Positions 59,276-64,000 of a stretch of 64,000 bases of DNA are shown here, in pieces. The notes below the pieces were generated by a model that worked only from the letters and a program-made list of their open reading frames with translations, made no database searches and had not been told where the DNA came from. Within the stretch, counting starts at the first letter, position 1. The number at the start of each line of letters is the position of its first letter. Source of the stretch: a virus (taxonomy: Duplodnaviria > Caudoviricetes); the IMG/VR virus record IMGVR_UViG_3300021255_001778, positions 19,776-83,775 of that record; one strand, written 5' to 3'. The position numbers and the translations under genes are program-made.

Positions 59276-62146
59276 AATGTTTCTCCTTTCGTTTTAAAAA
59301 CCCTTTGTTATCGTTCTTCGCAGTTTGCGAATATTAAAAGAGCGGCTGGAATAGCCGCCCAAGTTACCAACTGTAAACCCAACTGAATGATACTCCCCAT
59401 GTGATTTTCCCCTCACGCAAAATCCCAGACTGTATTTTCCCAGATTTCCTCTTTCAGAATTCCTTCAAGCACATCATCGATATACTCTTCTTCGTCGGCG
59501 TTTTTCGGCACGCCGATTATCACTGTAATCCCAGGGAAAAATCCCTCTGCCTCAACTGTTATTCTAACTTCATTCATCTTCATGATCCTCATAACAGACG
59601 TAGTCATCTTCTTCGTTCCAGAAAAACCCGAAGTCATCACACTCATTAAGTGGGTCAGATTCCGGCCACATCTTACACGTTCCGTGTTTCCCGTAATACG
59701 GACAATCCCATCCGTTTACAGGACAGTGTACATGTCCTCTTGATTTCCCAGCCATCGCAAAACCTCCGTTTTATTTTCCAAAGTTATAAAACCCTTCTGT
59801 AGGATCGACGATTCCCTTATCCATCAATGCTGTGCATGCTTCGTCAAATGGACAATCACTGCATTTTCCCCACTCACTGTTCTCAGAACATGCCTTTTTC
59901 ATCATGTCAATTCCTATCTCCATTTTTTCAAGCCATGTTGGTTTTTCAGATTCACGTTCCCCGATAATTACCATTTCACTGTCAGTGCAGTTATCTGGCG
60001 GATTAAGAATCCCGAACATTATCATTGAATACAATTTGTCTTTTGCATCTTCCTGATTTTCAGCATCGACTTCGTATTCCTTGCTGTATGTTTCGCTGTA
60101 TTCGATCGTGTACCTTGTCATCTAATTCCCTCACTTTCTGGAAAAGGGAGGGCAGGGACCGGCCGTCATGCAGCTCTCAAAATCCCTGCCCATTTGAAAG
60201 GGTATATGGAAAAACGCCTGTAGACGTCAGTCCTCTAACAATTCCTTGACCGCCCTGAAAATTTCAGGCAGAACAACTTTATTAATTCTGTCATATTCCT
60301 GCTGATTTTTTATTGTTTCCTTGCACGGATTTTCTGTATAATGCGCTCCACCTCTATTCAGAAAGTCAGAATATTCCCGTGCCACATAATAGCTCTGCAT
60401 CAGTTCGCAGAGCTTCCAGATTTCCCCGTCTGTTAGCGGAGTCTCAACAAACATGTGCTTGAATCCATCGTACATGTTTACTCTCTGATTCCCTATCTGT
60501 TTCAGGCTATCGAAATGCCCGTGATAATCAATATCCTTTGCCCGTTCAGGATTTCCGTTGTTTGTGTATGACTCGATATACCCGAATCCCCAGTACCAAT
60601 CGCAGTCCCAAGACGGTTCTACAAGCCAGTATGCAGTCATATTATTATCAGTTCCGAGAAGATAGATATCTTTCCCGAACGCATGTGCTTTACGTTTCCT
60701 CATATTCCACACCTTTCCGTGCAAATTCCTCGCACTGTTCCCATGTTCCTCGAAACACAAGCTTCATATCGCAAAGCCTGTTAAACTTGTCGATATATCC
60801 GATTTTCCTGACCTCAGCAAAATCGTCGCCTATTCTATACGAGATATAAAACCCGTTGATTATCGTGCTCATGCTATCGCAATCCCCATTTCCCTGTCCT
60901 TATCGGTTGCAAATTCCTTAGGCACATACATTGATTCAAAAACCTTCCTACCATAGTTGAATCGCTTAACAGATATGCGATATGAGGATGCCTTCCCTGT
61001 AAAAACTACCTCTCCATTTGTTTTTGCTACAAAATTCCCGGCCTCATCATGTTCAAACTTGATTTTTCCTGTAAATCCCGACCTTGCAGCAATATCAGTA
61101 ATACCTTCCTCGAACTGCTCAAACGTAAATCCCTTTGCCATACCCTTTCCCTTTCCCCGCCCGATGCGGTTTACCCTTCGAAAAAATACGGCGGGAATTT
61201 TCCCCACCGCAGATTGATAATGTGATAGTATTTAAAATCCGTCCATATCGTTTTTAGAACAGCACGAAAACCAGTGACAATTTCCCCGGTTTTGTGCGAC
61301 ATGTACTCACATGTTTCACTCTCCATAAAACCCTCCTTTCAGGAATTTCCTCAGACGATAAACTGAGGAAGTCTCGACCATAGAAAAACAATCAGCATTG
61401 TATAGATATCCATCTGAAATTCCTCACCATCAGAAGCTTAAGCCTATATGCAGTTCAGAGTGCTGGCTATAGACCTCTCTCACAAGTTTCGATAACAGTG
61501 CAAAGTACTCAGGTTCCATGTCACATTCCCCGACGGCAATGTCATTTTCCCGCTCATCCGGATTTTCCCACTCGAACGTCTCTGCAAGCGCCGGAGGAAT
61601 GTATAATTTCCTGCCAGTTCTTCCGGTTGATTTCCTCGCTTCGTGTACGACAAACTGTTTCATACATACCCCTTTCTGAAAAATCAGGATTCCCAATATT
61701 CGTCGTATTCGACGAAAATCTGCTCCATCATTTCGCCGCTATAACTGTCATCAAATTCCTGCCAGCTTATTCCTATAACTTCCTCTAGCCACTCTGGAAA
61801 ACTCATCTTGTCCATATAGCACCTTTCCCTTTCTGAAATTCCTCACGCCTCAATCCAAGGCGTCATTCTACATTTTCTGTATCCGTATTTCCTCGCCTCA
61901 GACTCGGTTCCCCAGATATCTAATAATCCCGCAAGGATGATTGCCGGAAACTTGCCATGCCCGACGCCGTCTGCTACCCATGCCCAAAAATCCGGAGAGT
62001 TAATATCCGTGATTTCCTCGGGTTTTACACAAACAGATTCATCTTCGATAGGTGTTACTATCGTTTTTACGTTTTTCCCGAGCTTCCTTCCATAAATTTC
62101 AAAACTTCCCATAATTACCCCTTTCAAAATTCCCGACGTGTTACAA

Positions 62147-62219
62147 AACAGACAGGCAGGAGTCGAACCTGCATTTCCTCGCCGATGCGAGACGGTTTTC
62201 CCGTTAACCTACTGCTCGT
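62147..62219 (-). ncRNA. tRNA-like RNA with 4-nt anticodon loop
   Basis: D arm GGTT/AACC, CTCGC-ATCG-GCGAG arm, T arm GCAGG-TTCGACT-CCTGC, imperfect acceptor. Confidence 0.55.
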
Positions 62220-62516
62220 TATCAGGGAACCGCACAGGAGGAAGGATGCGATTCCCTGCCGATTTTCATTTTTATTAGCAGGGAACTCTGTTGAAGAAGG
62301 TTAAGAACGAATTCCCTGCCATGGCATAAGGAGGTATGTCAAAAATTGCCGGATCGATTTATGACTGGCGAAGTGATTATCGAATTCCCGGCAAATTTTT
62401 GCATTAAAAAGGAGCATCCGAAGATGCTCCACATGAAAAACCTGGGCACAGTTAACCCAGACATCAAAATCCCCACCACAAGGATTTTAATGCACACTTA
62501 TTATACCTCGAGTGGA

Positions 62517-63353
62517 TTATTTTGTCATCTTATAATCCACTGTGTACTCCTTGTCAGTGATAAGACGATGGCAGATTTCCTGTACATAATTCCTCATGTA
62601 TCTATGGTTTGCACACACAACCGTAAGTGCAGATTTTCCTTTCTTGCCATAGATATACTGCAGATACTTCACATCCCTGCTGATTGGCTTATAGTCCTCA
62701 CCAATCATATCATGGATGATTGTTGTAAGAGTTTTCAGCAAATTCGTGTTAGACGTCGGGTTTTTTCCGAGGTCTATTTCCTTGGATATGGCATTCATCG
62801 CATAGCTATCGTGAACCTTCTTCGGGTCAATCCCGAGATTCGATGCCACCTGTGCCGTGAGAAGCATATTAAACTTCTCCAGCTTATAGATCCACTTCTG
62901 GTCATGACCGATGCCATTGCAGAATTTATGCAATTTTGCAAGGTCAATCTGCTTTTCCGCATCGACAATTTCACGCCGTTTCAGTTCAGAACCTTCGACA
63001 GTTCCGTCCTTAATCTTGATTACCGGATACCGGAGAATCCGACAAGCTTCATACATCGGGTCTTCGGAATTCCTGCAATGCACAAATACATCGTCCTGCT
63101 GAATCTGTGCATACTCTTCGACCGCCTTTTTCATTTCCGCATCAGTCTTAGACGCATCATCAAACTTGGATTCCAGCATCTGCTTGTTATACAGTTCTGC
63201 TAATCCTTCTGCCTGAGTTTTAATCTCAGCCAATTTTTCCTCGATACTGATATTTTCCATTATAATTCTCCTTTCATAACATGCGCTTAATTGCTCATTT
63301 AAGTGTCCGAGGAGACTACAAAGCCAAACCTCGGACACTTTATCAGCAATCAA
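62517..63353 (-). CDS. Hypothetical early-region protein
   Basis: Likely start MENISIE after AAAGGAGA; N-terminal coiled coil. Confidence 0.65.
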   Translation of the reverse strand: MIADKVSEVWLCSLLGHLNEQLSACYERRIIMENISIEEKLAEIKTQAEGLAELYNKQMLESKFDDASKTDAEMKKAVEEYAQIQQDDVFVHCRNSEDPMYEACRILRYPVIKIKDGTVEGSELKRREIVDAEKQIDLAKLHKFCNGIGHDQKWIYKLEKFNMLLTAQVASNLGIDPKKVHDSYAMNAISKEIDLGKNPTSNTNLLKTLTTIIHDMIGEDYKPISRDVKYLQYIYGKKGKSALTVVCANHRYMRNYVQEICHRLITDKEYTVDYKMTK

Positions 63354-63893
63354 TGCTGCATATTATGCATTTTTTCGAATTGCATTACTTATGCAAAGCT
63401 GGTACTACATTCCCATTCAGGCGTATCTAAATTCATGGGGATCATCTCCTTGGAGCGTTGCCCCTACATCCTTGGATGTTTATAAGAATTACCGTACACC
63501 CTATTTGCATTTCTTCATGCTTGCCTCATTTTTTACGCAATTGAACCCATGCGGACACGTTACACAAGCCGTGTTTAGGTTTATGCCTACCTGTGGGGAT
63601 TTTCACTATCTCGCACCATGAGCCTAACTCTCATGCACCACCGACGGCTGAATATATCAGCTATTGCTTGCTTTAGAGTCCGCAAGATGGACTGAAACCT
63701 ATGACTGGCTTTGCACCTACGTCTACCTGTTATCGTCATAACAAGTCCCGTGTCATAGGTGAACATGTTCTGTGCTTTGTTTATTAGTTGTACCATCAAT
63801 ATTATAATAATTTAGGTACACGCTAAACAAAGCCAGACGGAAAGAAATCTTTTACCATACTATCACCTATTATCTTTCCACTTGCTTTTTTCT

Positions 63894-64000
63894 TGCTGTC
63901 TGTTTCGTGCTGTCCTGTCTGTACTGTAACGAGACAGCCGTTTTGCGGACAGTCAGCACAGATTTTTTTTGTGCTGTGCTGTGCTGTCTGTTTCGTGCTG
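63894..64000. repeat. 19-bp direct repeat within a (G/C)TG-rich low-complexity tract
   Basis: TGCTGTCTGTTTCGTGCTG at 63894-63912 and 63982-64000, plus GTGCT tandem units. Confidence 0.75.

Larger units (their letters stand above)
1..64000. mobile_element. Segment of a large temperate bacteriophage genome (SPbeta-like organisation, Bacillota host)
   Basis: Tail, holin and endolysin genes, integrase with attP-like site, phage replisome (DnaE, DnaG, DnaB, SSB, ERF), nucleotide metabolism and dense small ORFs. Endolysin has clostridial ChW repeats; SD sites are AGGAGG/AAAGGAGA. No host housekeeping block. Confidence 0.93.

Noticed and set aside
59300-62130. Frequent AATTCC/ATTCCC words in the early region
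   Set aside because: Many are reverse complements of SD-like GGAA/GGGAAT leaders or codon usage; I could not compute enrichment.
62346-63203. 285-aa plus-strand ORF
   Set aside because: Antisense shadow of the 62517-63353 gene, which has a strong SD and matches the regional strand.

Overview
The whole window reads as part of a large temperate phage genome of a Bacillota (probably clostridial) host, with an SPbeta-like layout and no block of host housekeeping genes. The plus strand (1-7.4 kb) carries tail/receptor-binding genes, a tyrosine recombinase with its own promoter, and the lysis module. An apparently intact attP and the integrase follow at 7.4-8.9 kb. Nearly everything else is on the minus strand: nucleotide metabolism (dut, nrdD/nrdG, dNMP kinase, ThyX-like), replication and recombination (DnaE, primase, DnaB, PD-(D/E)XK nuclease, SSB, ERF), a PnuC-NadR-PncA NAD module, an RNA ligase, a MrpR-like repressor with MazF, IscS, a third recombinase, a tRNA/tRNA-like RNA cluster, a ubiquitin-like conjugation cluster (Ubl, E2, JAB, E1) and small early genes. 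The most striking element is at 49.4-51.84 kb: one retron-type reverse transcriptase flanked by three retron-like ncRNA cassettes. Each cassette has its own a1/a2-like inverted repeat ending at a candidate branching G, a shared msr-like stem-loop with a compensatory base-pair change, and an unrelated, highly structured msd-like cargo. Other notable signals are nine tRNA-shaped RNAs of which only one is clearly canonical, an 18-bp operator-like motif at 11 sites, and six small proteins sharing a C-terminal tag. All family assignments come from motif recognition by eye; no database searches were run.
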